A stretch of 64,000 bases of DNA, from contig CAZZBK010000013.1 in the NCBI GenBank assembly GCA_964652155.1, positions 19 to 64,018 of the forward strand. Reading direction: 5' to 3'. The notes under the pieces are model-generated. The model did not search any database. It was not told the DNA's origin and saw only the letters and a program-made list of their open reading frames with translations. Each line of letters opens with the position of its first letter. The first letter of the stretch is position 1. The translations under genes were made by a program, and so were the position numbers. Source of the DNA: an uncultured Planctomycetaceae bacterium. Its GTDB lineage: Bacteria > Planctomycetota > Planctomycetia > Pirellulales > PNKZ01. Shown piece after piece: positions 36,102 to 45,269 of the stretch.

Positions 36102-37253
36102 ATGCACTTTCGCACCCGCGCCATTCATGCTGGCCAGTCACGCGACCCCGCCACGGGCGCCGTGGTGCCGCCGATCCATCTGGCGACGACTTTCGTGCAG
36201 CCCGGGGCCGGTGTCTGGGGCGAGTTCGATTACTCGCGCAGCGGCAACCCCACGCGCAAGCAATTCGAGACCGTGCTCGCCTCGCTCGAAGGGGGTTGCG
36301 GCGCGCTGGCCTTTGCGTCCGGAATGGCCGCCACGCACTGCGTGACGATGCTGCTCGAAAGCGGCGACCATCTCGTCGCGGGGAGCGATATCTACGGCGG
36401 CACCTATCGCCTGCTGCACAAAATCTGCAACCGCTCCGGGATCAACGTCACGCTCGTCGATGCCACGAACGTCGACAAGCTGCGGCAAGCACTCACGCCG
36501 AAAACGAAATTGGTCTGGCTCGAAAGCCCCGGCAATCCGCTCTTGTCGATCACCGACCTCGCCGAGTGCGCCAAGATTGCCCATCAGCACGGAGCGCTGG
36601 TCGGCGTCGACAACACGTTCTCGACCCCCGTGTTGACCCGGCCGCTCGAGTTGGGCGTCGATATCGTCATGCACTCGGCCACGAAATACATCGGCGGGCA
36701 CAGTGACGTGCTCGGCGGGGCGCTCGTGGCCCGCGACAGTGAGCTGTTCAAGCGACTGTACTTTGTGCAGAACGCGACCGGCGCGGTGATGGCCCCGCTC
36801 GAATCGTATCTCTGCGCCCGAGGGTTGAAGACGCTCGAATTGCGTGTCCGCGAGCACAATCGCATTGCTGAGCGGGTGGCCCACTGGTTGGCCAATGATC
36901 GCCGCGTGAATCGGGTGTTGTATCCGGGCTTGTCCTCGCACCCGGGCCACGACATCGCGCGACGACAAATGCACGGCGGCTTTGGTGCGATTCTGAGCTT
37001 TGAAGTCCGCGGTGACTTTGCGGCCACGAAGAAGGTCTGCGAGTCGACCGAGCTCTTCGCATTGGCTGTGAGCCTGGGGGCGGTCGAGTCGTTGATCGAG
37101 CAGCCCGCCAGCATGTCGCACGCCAGTTACGACAAAGCTGATCGACTGGCCCACGGCATCACCGATGGCCTGATCCGCTTGAGCATCGGGCTTGAGCATG
37201 AAGACGATCTGTGTGCCGATCTCGATCGCGCCATGACTGCCGCGGGGTTGTAA
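36102..37253 (+). CDS. Cys/Met-metabolism PLP enzyme (cystathionine beta-lyase/gamma-lyase-like)
   Basis: MHFRTRAIHAGQ..DP.TGAVVPPIHLATTF, YSRSGNPT and SATKYIGGHSDVLGG. Confidence 0.9.
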   Translation: MHFRTRAIHAGQSRDPATGAVVPPIHLATTFVQPGAGVWGEFDYSRSGNPTRKQFETVLASLEGGCGALAFASGMAATHCVTMLLESGDHLVAGSDIYGGTYRLLHKICNRSGINVTLVDATNVDKLRQALTPKTKLVWLESPGNPLLSITDLAECAKIAHQHGALVGVDNTFSTPVLTRPLELGVDIVMHSATKYIGGHSDVLGGALVARDSELFKRLYFVQNATGAVMAPLESYLCARGLKTLELRVREHNRIAERVAHWLANDRRVNRVLYPGLSSHPGHDIARRQMHGGFGAILSFEVRGDFAATKKVCESTELFALAVSLGAVESLIEQPASMSHASYDKADRLAHGITDGLIRLSIGLEHEDDLCADLDRAMTAAGL

Positions 37254-37255
37254 GC

Positions 37256-37996
37256 ATGCCCTGGAGTCAAACGACGATTGCCGGACACACGGCCGACCGG
37301 TTCGAGCCGAGCCGGCCGCATGAGCATGGCTTCACGGTCATTTACCTGCATGGCGTACACTTGGCGCGACTCGACGAGAACGCGGTGTATAGCGAGCTAT
37401 TCGAGCGACACGGCCTGCGGGTGATCGCCCCGCACACGCAACGGAGCTGGTGGACGGACAAAATCTGCCCAGAGTTCGACCCAACACTGACCGCCGAGCG
37501 ACATCTGCTCGACAACGTCGTGCCGTGGATCGAGCAAACCTGGAGCGCGAAGCCGCCACAGATCGCCTTGCTCGGCACGAGCATGGGGGGCCAGGGAGGG
37601 TTGCGGTTCGCGTTCAAGTATCCGAACCGATTTCCGGTCGTCGCGGCACTTGCCCCGGCGATCGATTATCAGCTCCGCTATGACGACCCCGACGACGTCA
37701 CGGTGCGGCAGATGTACGACGACGCCGAACACGTGCGACAGGACACGGCCACGTTGCATGTGCATCCGTTGAACTGGCCGCGCCACACGTTCTTCTGTAG
37801 CGACCCGGCCGACGAGCGCTGGCATGACAGCGCGCAGAAATTGCGCATGAAGCTCAATGCCCTGGGGATCATGCACGAGTGCGACCTGGAAACATCGGCC
37901 GGCGGACACTCGTGGACGTACTACAATCACCAAGCGCCGCAGGCGATCAACTTCATCGTCGACCGCCTGGAGCGTGAACGGTTGCGCGTGGTGTAA
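37256..37996 (+). CDS. alpha/beta-hydrolase esterase (esterase D / putative esterase family)
   Basis: ATG lies 2 nt after the preceding stop. VIYLHG and the nucleophile elbow GTSMGG are present. Confidence 0.75.
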   Translation: MPWSQTTIAGHTADRFEPSRPHEHGFTVIYLHGVHLARLDENAVYSELFERHGLRVIAPHTQRSWWTDKICPEFDPTLTAERHLLDNVVPWIEQTWSAKPPQIALLGTSMGGQGGLRFAFKYPNRFPVVAALAPAIDYQLRYDDPDDVTVRQMYDDAEHVRQDTATLHVHPLNWPRHTFFCSDPADERWHDSAQKLRMKLNALGIMHECDLETSAGGHSWTYYNHQAPQAINFIVDRLERERLRVV

Positions 37997-38018
37997 GTAC
38001 ACCCGCAACATGAATTTA

Positions 38019-38072
38019 CCCAAGCCGGCGACTCTGTCGCCGAAAGACCGGCGGCAGAGCCGCCGGCTTGGG
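38019..38072. repeat. long hairpin repeat family B, copy 2
   Basis: CCCAAGCCGGCGACTCTGTCGCCGaaagacCGGCGGCAGAGCCGCCGGCTTGGG is a near-continuous 24-bp stem. It lies between the convergent stops at 37996 and 38087. Confidence 0.9.
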
Positions 38073-38086
38073 ACTCGATTCAATTA

Positions 38087-39412
38087 CTACGGCAGCTCTT
38101 TGATCCACAGGCTGCGGAACTCGACTTTCGAGCCGTGACCCAAGAAGCCGATGTGTCCTTTGTCGTTCTTCAGGCCAGGATGTGACTTCTTGTCGATCGT
38201 CTCGGGATCGCTGGCCTTGGCAATGTCAACGTCGTTCACCGTGACACCGTTGAGGATCACCGTCACTTGATTCCCTTTGACGATGATCTCTTCGTGGTTC
38301 CAGTGACCGGCGGGTCGCAAAAAGCCGCGAGTAACGGCCGAGACGCCGTAGATCGATCCGTGATACTGATACGGGGCGAGCTTGTTCCAGTAGCCGGGCG
38401 CGTAATCATCGAGCACTTGGCATTCCATGCCCACGTAGGCCGCGTCCCCCATGGTCGGCGCACGCAGGCCGATACCGTTGTTCGCGCCGCTTGGCAGACG
38501 GAAGTCGAACGCGAAGTGGAAGTCCTTGTACTGCTTCTCAGTGTACAAGTTGCCGCCGCCACCCTTGCCGCCGGGCACGCAGACGATCGATTCGTTCTCG
38601 ACCGCGTAGCCCTGTTGATTGCCAATCCAGCCGGTCAGGTCCTTGCCATTGAACAGGCTGGTGAACCCTTCGCCAGGGGCCTTCACGGCCGGTGCCGGCT
38701 CGCTGGTCAGTTCCTTGACGTAAATGTTCTTGAAGTACAGGGTGTTGCCGTGGTTTTGCAGCTCGATCGTCCCGGCTGAGTAAATCGGCTTGGTGCGGTC
38801 CCAGTAGTTTTCGAGCGTGACGTTGTCGGTGACCAGTTCGCCGTTGAGCCACACCGAGACCTTGTCGCCAACCATCCGCACCTTGAACGTGTTCCACTCG
38901 CCGATCGGCTTGTCGGCCGTCTTGAGTGGGTTGGCCGGGTTCTTCTGGTTGTTGAACAGGCCACCCGAGCCAATGTTGCGTAGCGCGGGGTCCCAAATCT
39001 GGATCTGCGGCGAGCCACGCACGTAGATGCCGCTATCCCCCTTGGCTTCGATCTTCCAGTCGACGAAGAATTCCACGTCGCCGTACTCTTTGGCGGTGCA
39101 CAGACTTTGCCCCTTGCCGTCGAAGACGATCACGCCGTCGACCACCTTCCAATGCTCGTTCATTGAGGCGTCACCGGCTTTCTGAGCCGCCGCCATTTGC
39201 GGACCGGTCGACGAGAGCCGCTCGGGCATCGACATCGGGACCGACTTGCTCGCGTCCTTCGGATGGGGCTTCATCGGCAACCCCTTCCAGCCGGTCAGGT
39301 CTTTGCCATTGAACAGGGCCGTAAAGCCCTCGGGAGGCGTGTTGTCGGCCGCGCTGAGCCACGCAGGAACCACGAACAACAGGGCGAATGTGAGGAGGCG
39401 GGCGATTTTCAT
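38087..39412 (-). CDS. tandem DUF1080 (3-keto-disaccharide hydrolase-like) protein, secreted
   Basis: The internal ATG at 39412 gives signal peptide MKIARLLTFALLFVVPAWLSA. There are two copies of GF(T/S)(A/S)LFNGKDLTGW...W.V.DG.I...IELQNHG/GFLGHGS..EFR...IKEL. Confidence 0.88.
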   Translation of the reverse strand: MKIARLLTFALLFVVPAWLSAADNTPPEGFTALFNGKDLTGWKGLPMKPHPKDASKSVPMSMPERLSSTGPQMAAAQKAGDASMNEHWKVVDGVIVFDGKGQSLCTAKEYGDVEFFVDWKIEAKGDSGIYVRGSPQIQIWDPALRNIGSGGLFNNQKNPANPLKTADKPIGEWNTFKVRMVGDKVSVWLNGELVTDNVTLENYWDRTKPIYSAGTIELQNHGNTLYFKNIYVKELTSEPAPAVKAPGEGFTSLFNGKDLTGWIGNQQGYAVENESIVCVPGGKGGGGNLYTEKQYKDFHFAFDFRLPSGANNGIGLRAPTMGDAAYVGMECQVLDDYAPGYWNKLAPYQYHGSIYGVSAVTRGFLRPAGHWNHEEIIVKGNQVTVILNGVTVNDVDIAKASDPETIDKKSHPGLKNDKGHIGFLGHGSKVEFRSLWIKELP

Positions 39413-39683
39413 GGGTGGGACTTTCAAAGGGTGGGAGGAACGTGTTCGGTTTTCAGTTTTCAGATCGCGGGAAGGGTTACTTGGTCGGAGATACAAAGGA
39501 GATGCAAACTTGGCGGCGCTCGACGCCCTGCTGATCGCGGCCGTCAAAGCCAGCCGCGTCACGCTCGAGGCGACGCCAACCAAACGATCCATGAGCCAAG
39601 TTCCTCGACCAAGGGTGGGTATCTCTGAGTAAAACAGTACGCCGAGCGAGCCTCGCGCTCAAGACTCACGGGCTCGAAGCCGG

Positions 39684-40577
39684 CTAAAAACATTTCCGAT
39701 CCTCGCTGCGTGGGTCGCTCACCAACTCGCCGCTGTGCAAAATGCCGGCGATGGCCCGGTCGCGCCACGGAAGCGGTGCGTCGAAAAACTCCAAATTCCC
39801 ATCCACGTCGCTGATCAAGGCCCCCGTTTGATGCACGGGCAGCTTGCCGGTCACCCGGCCGTCGGGCCGCACAAAGAACGCGCCCCACAGCGAGTACTTG
39901 GCCGTGCTGTTCGTGGCGCTGATCCACAGGTGGTTGCACGCCGCGTGGCACATGAGCGTCGCCGGCACAATATCCTTCCAGATGTTCTGGTAATGGAACG
40001 TGCGATAGTCCTTGCGGGCATTGTGGAACGAGTGGAACACCAGCTCGACCCCCTGTCGCTTCAGCTCGCGATACAACTCGGGAAAGCGATAGTCGTAGCA
40101 GATCAACGCCCCGCACTTGTAACCGTCGATCTCGAAGATCGTGGCGTGGTTGCCGGGCGTGTAGTAGCCGTGATCCATCGTCGGCTCGGGCAGGCAGACC
40201 CCGGTGCAGAACCGTTTGTCGTAGCGCTCGACGACCTGCCCCCGATCGTTGAAGATGTACAGCGAGTTGTGCGGCTTGTGGCCCGCTGACAGCCGATGGG
40301 TCGAGCCGAGCACGACCCATAAGTTGAGTTCGTCGGCCGTCTGGATAATCGAGGCGGTGGCGTCGCGGAGTCGCTCCCAATCGAGGTCGTCGAGCGACTG
40401 CAACTCGCTGCCGCCGTAGCCGCTCAGCGCGGTTTCCGGAAAATGAGCCACCCGGGCTCCCTGATCGGCCGCCTGCTGCAACAGCGCGACGATCTGTTGA
40501 CGGTTGGCCTCGATATCGGCTTCGACCGGAAACTGACAGCCGGCAACTCGCAAAACAGGTCGGGGCATGGCAGGCAC
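39684..40577 (-). CDS. carbon-nitrogen hydrolase family protein (nitrilase/amidase-like)
   Basis: LRVAGCQFPV...VAHFPETALSGY (catalytic Glu region), KRFCTGV and GALICYDYRFPE (catalytic Cys). Confidence 0.88.
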   Translation of the reverse strand: MPAMPRPVLRVAGCQFPVEADIEANRQQIVALLQQAADQGARVAHFPETALSGYGGSELQSLDDLDWERLRDATASIIQTADELNLWVVLGSTHRLSAGHKPHNSLYIFNDRGQVVERYDKRFCTGVCLPEPTMDHGYYTPGNHATIFEIDGYKCGALICYDYRFPELYRELKRQGVELVFHSFHNARKDYRTFHYQNIWKDIVPATLMCHAACNHLWISATNSTAKYSLWGAFFVRPDGRVTGKLPVHQTGALISDVDGNLEFFDAPLPWRDRAIAGILHSGELVSDPRSEDRKCF

Positions 40578-40774
40578 AGGCGGTTAACGGGGTGACAAAA
40601 GGGTTGTTGTAAAGTCCGCTCAGCATACCCGAGCGCGGACCGGGCCTCAAATCGGCCCCCGGCTGCCGCAGGTCACCGTGCCGCCGTGGCTCGCCGCGCC
40701 ACGGCATTTGGAGCGCGTTCGAGGCTGGACTACAATGGGACTCGACGAGTACGCCCTGCACCATCGCCTGGAAT

Positions 40775-42256
40775 TTGCTCAAGGATTGCCCCGACGTGGA
40801 CCCGTTATTGCAACACTCATCGCTGCTCACGCGGCGCCACTTCTTTGGTCGCAGCGCGCTGGGCGTGGGCAAGGCCGCGCTCGCGTCGCTGCTGGCGCGT
40901 GACGGCCTGGCAGACAGCCCCTCGAAGCGGCTCGGCGGCCTCGTGGGGCTCCCTCATTTTGCCCCCAAGGCCAAACGGGTCATCTACCTGTTTCAGAACG
41001 GCGCTCCCACACACGTCGACATTCTCGACTACAAGCCCCTGCTGCGCAAATGGCATGGCAAAGAGATACCGGCCGAGATCCAGCAAGGCCAACGGCTGAG
41101 CACCATGACGCAGGGGCAAACCGCCAAGCCGGTGCTCGCCGAGATCACCAAGTTTACTCAGCACGGCAAGTGCGGTCGCTGGCTGAGCGACTTTACGCCG
41201 CACACGGCCGAGATTGCCGACGAGTTGTGTTTCATCCACTCGATGCATACCGAGGCGGTGAACCATGCCCCGGCCATCACGTTTTTCCTGACCGGCTCGG
41301 AGATGGCCGGCCGGCCGAGCATGGGTGCCTGGATGACCTACGGCTTGGGGACCGAAACCGAGGAGCTGCCCTCCTTTGTCGTCATGACCTCGCGCGACAA
41401 AGAGGCCAGTTGTGGGCAGATATTCTACGACTTCTATTGGGGGAGCGGCTTCCTGCCCTCGAAGTTTCAGGGCGTGAAGTTTCGCGGCAGTGGCGACCCC
41501 GTGCTGTATTTGTCGAACCCGGAAGGCATCTCGGCCGAGGTGCGGCGCGGAATGCTCGACGACCTCGCGCGGCTCAACGAACTGAAGCTGCGTGACTTCG
41601 GCGATCCAGAAATCGCCACCCGCATTAGCCAGTACGAGCTGGCGTATCGCATGCAGACCAGCGTGCCCGAACTGGCCGACTTCTCGACCGAGCCCAAGCA
41701 CATTCGCGACATGTACGGCCCGGATATCGAGCGGCCCGGCAGTTTTGCCTACAACTGCCTGATGGCGCGGCGGCTCGCTGAGCGCGGCGTGAGCTTCATT
41801 CAGCTCATGCACGCCGGTTGGGACCAGCATCGCAATCTGAACACGCAACTCAAGACACAGTGCCTCGACACCGATCAGCCCTCGGCCGCCCTGGTCAAAG
41901 ACCTGCAACAGCGCGGCATGCTCGACGACACACTCGTGATCTGGGGGGGCGAGTTCGGCCGGACACCGTTCTTACAGGGAAAAATCGAGGAGACGCAGTC
42001 CTGGGGGCGCGACCATCATCCGTACTGCTTCTCGCTGTGGATGGCCGGCGGCGGCATCAAGCCAGGCTTTGCCTACGGACAGAGCGACGATTTTGGGCAT
42101 AACGTGGCCGTCGATGGCGTCCATATCCACGACTTCCAAGCGACCGTGATGCACCTGCTGGGCATCGATCACGAACGGCTCACGTTCCGCTTTCAAGGCC
42201 GGCAGTTCCGCCTAACCGACATTTTTGGCAAGGTCGTGAAACCGGTGCTGGCTTAA
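40775..42256 (+). CDS. DUF1501 domain protein, Tat-exported (no adjacent PSD1 partner)
   Basis: LTRRHFFGRSALGVGKAALASLLA is a Tat signal. Paralogous to 5223..6608 (GRDHHP block). The start codon is uncertain (TTG at 40775, GTG at 40796). Confidence 0.88.
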   Translation: MLKDCPDVDPLLQHSSLLTRRHFFGRSALGVGKAALASLLARDGLADSPSKRLGGLVGLPHFAPKAKRVIYLFQNGAPTHVDILDYKPLLRKWHGKEIPAEIQQGQRLSTMTQGQTAKPVLAEITKFTQHGKCGRWLSDFTPHTAEIADELCFIHSMHTEAVNHAPAITFFLTGSEMAGRPSMGAWMTYGLGTETEELPSFVVMTSRDKEASCGQIFYDFYWGSGFLPSKFQGVKFRGSGDPVLYLSNPEGISAEVRRGMLDDLARLNELKLRDFGDPEIATRISQYELAYRMQTSVPELADFSTEPKHIRDMYGPDIERPGSFAYNCLMARRLAERGVSFIQLMHAGWDQHRNLNTQLKTQCLDTDQPSAALVKDLQQRGMLDDTLVIWGGEFGRTPFLQGKIEETQSWGRDHHPYCFSLWMAGGGIKPGFAYGQSDDFGHNVAVDGVHIHDFQATVMHLLGIDHERLTFRFQGRQFRLTDIFGKVVKPVLA

Positions 42257-42332
42257 CGGAAGCCCGCGATGGGATGGACCCGGTTCGCAAGGGCTTTGTG
42301 GATGATGGAGCCGCAGAGAGGCGGAAGTTGTC

Positions 42333-42526
42333 GCCACAAAAATCTCAAAGCGACACAAAAAGAGAAGCACTGAATTGAAGCGATTTTGTGCGAATCGATC
42401 ACGACCCGATCCGCAACCTTGGATTACATCGGCTGCACCTCAAAGAATCCGCCTTGCTCGGTCGTCGCCGCATTCATCCATCGGGCACTTCAGCTCTTCT
42501 TTGCGTCGCTTTGCGTTCTTTGTGGC
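42333..42526. repeat. MITE-like element with roughly 34-bp imperfect terminal inverted repeats
   Basis: GCCACAAAAATCTCAAAGCGACACAAAAAGAGAAGC (42333..42368) pairs with the reverse complement of GCTCTTCTTTGCGTCGCTTTGCGTTCTTTGTGGC (42493..42526). Confidence 0.65.
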
Positions 42527-42695
42527 CATGTTTTGATGGGCAAGACATACGGAGGCCGCAGTGCCCGTCGTTCACGGGTCGTGCTGCCGAACGGATGACC
42601 TGTTGATCGATCGCCGGGTATTGCTGACGCAAAACACCAGCCACCCAACTCCTTTAGCGCGGCCTGTGAATGCAGCCGCAGAGCGTGAAAATAAC

Positions 42696-42816
42696 CTACC
42701 CGGTCGAAGCCTGTGAGATGGCATCCGTGCCGTAGTGATTCAAGCCCTTGACTCGTTTCCCAGACCGGGTGACAGAAGAGGGCGGGAAAACAGCTCACAG
42801 ACTCCGAACCGGGTAG
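42696..42816. other. 121-nt element with paired ends and internal hairpins (structured RNA or small palindromic element)
   Basis: CTACCCGGT (42696..42704) pairs with ACCGGGTAG (42808..42816). CTGTGAG (42711..42717) pairs with CTCACAG (42794..42800). Internal hairpins are GGCAtccgTGCC and GTTTCCC...GGGAAAAC. Confidence 0.3.
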
Positions 42817-42874
42817 TCACTCAAATCGCCGCCGCACATGACCTGTCGCGATGCGACACGTCCAGTGTGCACGG

Positions 42875-43357
42875 TCAGCGAGACAATTGATCGAACAGTT
42901 GGGGAAAGCGGCTCACGTTCCGCTCGACGAACCGCAGCCAGCGGGACGGTCGCCAGATTTCGATGCACACCGCCGCGCCCACGACCACCACAGGGCCGCC
43001 AGGCTCGACTTGCAGAAACTCGCGAAAGCCCTCGGGAATTAACAGCCGACCGCGCGGGGCGAGCCCCACCGAGCGCTGTCGCGTCGAGAGCAACCGTCCG
43101 AGACGTTGAATCTCGGCGGCTTGGGTGTCGAGTCGACCCGAACGCAGCTTGGCCTCGATCACCTCGACCCCCGCCGTAAAGCGAGACTGCCAAGTCGACG
43201 AGTTCCACAAGCTGACGCATCCGGGCCGTTCCTTGATGAGCATGCAATCGGTTAGCGACTCGCCCAGGCCGGTCAACAATTCGGCCGGCAGGCTGAGCCG
43301 GAAACGATCATCCAGCGCACGGTGAAATTCACCCAGCAAGAACGGTGACTCGGACAT
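42875..43357 (-). CDS. mraZ: transcriptional regulator MraZ
   Basis: Two SpoVT/AbrB-like halves: FLLGEFHRALDDRFRLSLPAEL and VGLAPRGRLLIPEGFREFL. Start at ATG 43357 (MSESPF). Confidence 0.8.
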   Translation of the reverse strand: MSESPFLLGEFHRALDDRFRLSLPAELLTGLGESLTDCMLIKERPGCVSLWNSSTWQSRFTAGVEVIEAKLRSGRLDTQAAEIQRLGRLLSTRQRSVGLAPRGRLLIPEGFREFLQVEPGGPVVVVGAAVCIEIWRPSRWLRFVERNVSRFPQLFDQLSR

Positions 43358-43466
43358 CGCAAAGCTGTTCCGCCTTACGGGGAACAACGGCCGAAGGTGT
43401 CGACACGTGCTCCCGTGTCTTACCGAGGACTCCGTTCATACCGGACGGAAAGCGGCCCGCCTCGTG

Positions 43467-43526
43467 ATTTGGGTTGAATTCCCACAGGATATTCAACTTC
43501 AGTCACATTTGGGGCTTATTTCCCAC
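43467..43526. promoter_or_regulatory. two operator-like TGGG-N7/8-CCCA palindromes 40 bp apart, upstream of mraZ
   Basis: ATTTGGGTTGAATTCCCAC (43467..43485) and ATTTGGGGCTTATTTCCCAC (43507..43526). On the mraZ strand these read GTGGGAATT and GTGGGAAAT. Confidence 0.35.
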
Positions 43527-43617
43527 CGATAGGCAGAGTTTATCAAGCTCGGGTGCGATTGCAAGCGATTTTTGGTTGGTCACTCCGTAGCCCTACAAAA
43601 AATTCGCTAGGTGTTCA

Positions 43618-43706
43618 TTAGCCGCGACGCGCCAGCGGAGCGCGTAACGATGGCGAATCTCTCGACTGCGCAACGGTTACGCGCTCCGCTGGCGCGTCGC
43701 GGCTAA
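43618..43706. repeat. perfect 31-bp-arm palindrome (family D)
   Basis: TTAGCCGCGACGCGCCAGCGGAGCGCGTAAC (43618..43648), a 27-nt loop, then GTTACGCGCTCCGCTGGCGCGTCGCGGCTAA (43676..43706). Lies 28 nt downstream of the uvrC stop. Confidence 0.95.
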
Positions 43707-43734
43707 CGAGAAGTACGTGAGATGCTGAATCATG

Positions 43735-45123
43735 TCACGTCGACGGCTCGTCGCCGAGCGCCGAGCGGCGACGCAAGATGTGATGGTAATGCTGCGCGAA
43801 GCGATGCGCCTCGTCGCGCACGTACTGCAACAGCCGCAGCGCGAACGAGTGCCGACTCAATCGCAAGGGCTCGCTTTGCTCGGGCAGAAAGATCTCCTCG
43901 TCGCGCTTGGCGAGCGAGATGACCGTTGGCGGCGTGATGTGCAGCGCGGCGAACGCGGCCAATCCGGACGAGAGCTGCCCCTTGCCGCCATCAATCAACA
44001 GGATGTCGGGGAACGCTTCGTTGTTGTGATCGAGCGATTGAAAGCGCCGCGCGACGACCTCATGAATGCTGGCGAAGTCGTTGACCCCTTGCACCTCGCG
44101 AATTTTGTAACGCTTGTAACCCGGCTTAAAGGGCAAGCCATCGATGAACTGCACGAGGCTGGCGACCGTTTCGCCGCCGCCGAGGTGCGCGATGTCGACC
44201 CCCTCGATGACGCGCGGCATTTTCTCAAGCTTGAGCACCTTGCGCAGGCCGGCCAGACCTTTTTTCGGATCCTGATAAAACACCTCGGGCTGCGCGTGCT
44301 TGTCGAGTTCGCCTCGTTGGTCAAGGTTTTCGAGCATTTTAATCTCATCGCGCAGCCGGGCGGCGCGTTCGAATTGTTTATCGGCCGCGGCGGCTTTCAT
44401 GTCCTCGCGCATCTCGTCGAGCAACTGTTTTTTGTGCCCTTCGAGGAACATGCGCAGCCGATGAATATCGCGGCGGTAATCTTCTTTGCTAATCCGCAGA
44501 TTGCACGGCGCGGTGCACTGCTCGATGCTGGCGAGCAAGCAGGGTCGGAACCAGCGCCATTTGGCGTCCCCCTCCTCGATATCGAGACTACAGGTGCGGA
44601 ACTTGAAGATCCGCTGCAACACTTGCAGCGCGCCGCCGAGCGAGCCCGAGTTGGTGAACGGACCGTACAGTTTCGTGCCTCGCTCTTGAGGCTGCCGGGT
44701 GATTTCGACGCGCGGAAAATCTTCGCGCGTCGTGATCTCTAGATATGGAAAGGTTTTGCTGTCTTTGAGATCCTTGTTGTGCTTGGGCTGAATGTCCTTG
44801 ATGAGCCGGGCTTCCATCAGCAGGGCATCGACCTCGCTGTCGGCGTCGAGGTAATCGATATCGCTGATCTCGCGGACCAACTCGGCCGTGCGTCGGTCTT
44901 CGGCGGCCGCCTTGAGAAAATAGCTCCCCGCGCGACTGCGGAGGTTGACCGCCTTGCCGACATAGATGACCAGCCCGGTCGCGTCCTTCATCAGATACAC
45001 GCCCGGCGATTGAGGGAACTCGCGCACCTTGGCGGCGGCCTGACGGTAGCCTGGCGCGCGGTCGGCGAGCGGCGCAGGGTCGTTGGGGGGCGGAGTTTCA
45101 TCGCTCGGCGGGTCATTGGTCAT
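43735..45123 (-). CDS. uvrC: excinuclease ABC subunit C, short form without the C-terminal (HhH)2 domain
   Basis: GIY-YIG motif PGVYLMKDATGLVIYVGKAVNLRSR, UVR motif QFERAARLRDEIKMLE and RNase-H-like endonuclease region ending DEAHRFAQHYHH. The ORF stops about 20 aa later. Confidence 0.85.
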   Translation of the reverse strand: MTNDPPSDETPPPNDPAPLADRAPGYRQAAAKVREFPQSPGVYLMKDATGLVIYVGKAVNLRSRAGSYFLKAAAEDRRTAELVREISDIDYLDADSEVDALLMEARLIKDIQPKHNKDLKDSKTFPYLEITTREDFPRVEITRQPQERGTKLYGPFTNSGSLGGALQVLQRIFKFRTCSLDIEEGDAKWRWFRPCLLASIEQCTAPCNLRISKEDYRRDIHRLRMFLEGHKKQLLDEMREDMKAAAADKQFERAARLRDEIKMLENLDQRGELDKHAQPEVFYQDPKKGLAGLRKVLKLEKMPRVIEGVDIAHLGGGETVASLVQFIDGLPFKPGYKRYKIREVQGVNDFASIHEVVARRFQSLDHNNEAFPDILLIDGGKGQLSSGLAAFAALHITPPTVISLAKRDEEIFLPEQSEPLRLSRHSFALRLLQYVRDEAHRFAQHYHHILRRRSALGDEPST

Positions 45124-45269
45124 GTGGACATTTTACGCCCAAGGTGGCGTCGCTGGCCAGTTCTCCTCCGAGCATGTGTGGCGATCGTCCCGTTCGCTCG
45201 ATAAGATAGGGCACCTACGATCATCACCCACACAACCTTTTGTCGTCATCGCACAGGAGCTCGCGTCCC

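Noticed and set aside
39620-39665. Intrinsic terminator after the CN-hydrolase gene
   Set aside because: The stem has only 5 bp and the T-run lies 9 nt away, so it is not convincing.
42696-42816. 5S rRNA, SRP RNA or RNase P RNA as the identity of the 121-nt three-way structure
   Set aside because: None of the conserved cores I can recall is present (5S CCGAAC...GAAGUGAAAC, the SRP GGAA/AGCA helix-8 motif, RNase P GGAAAGUCCGG). It is kept only as an unclassified structure.
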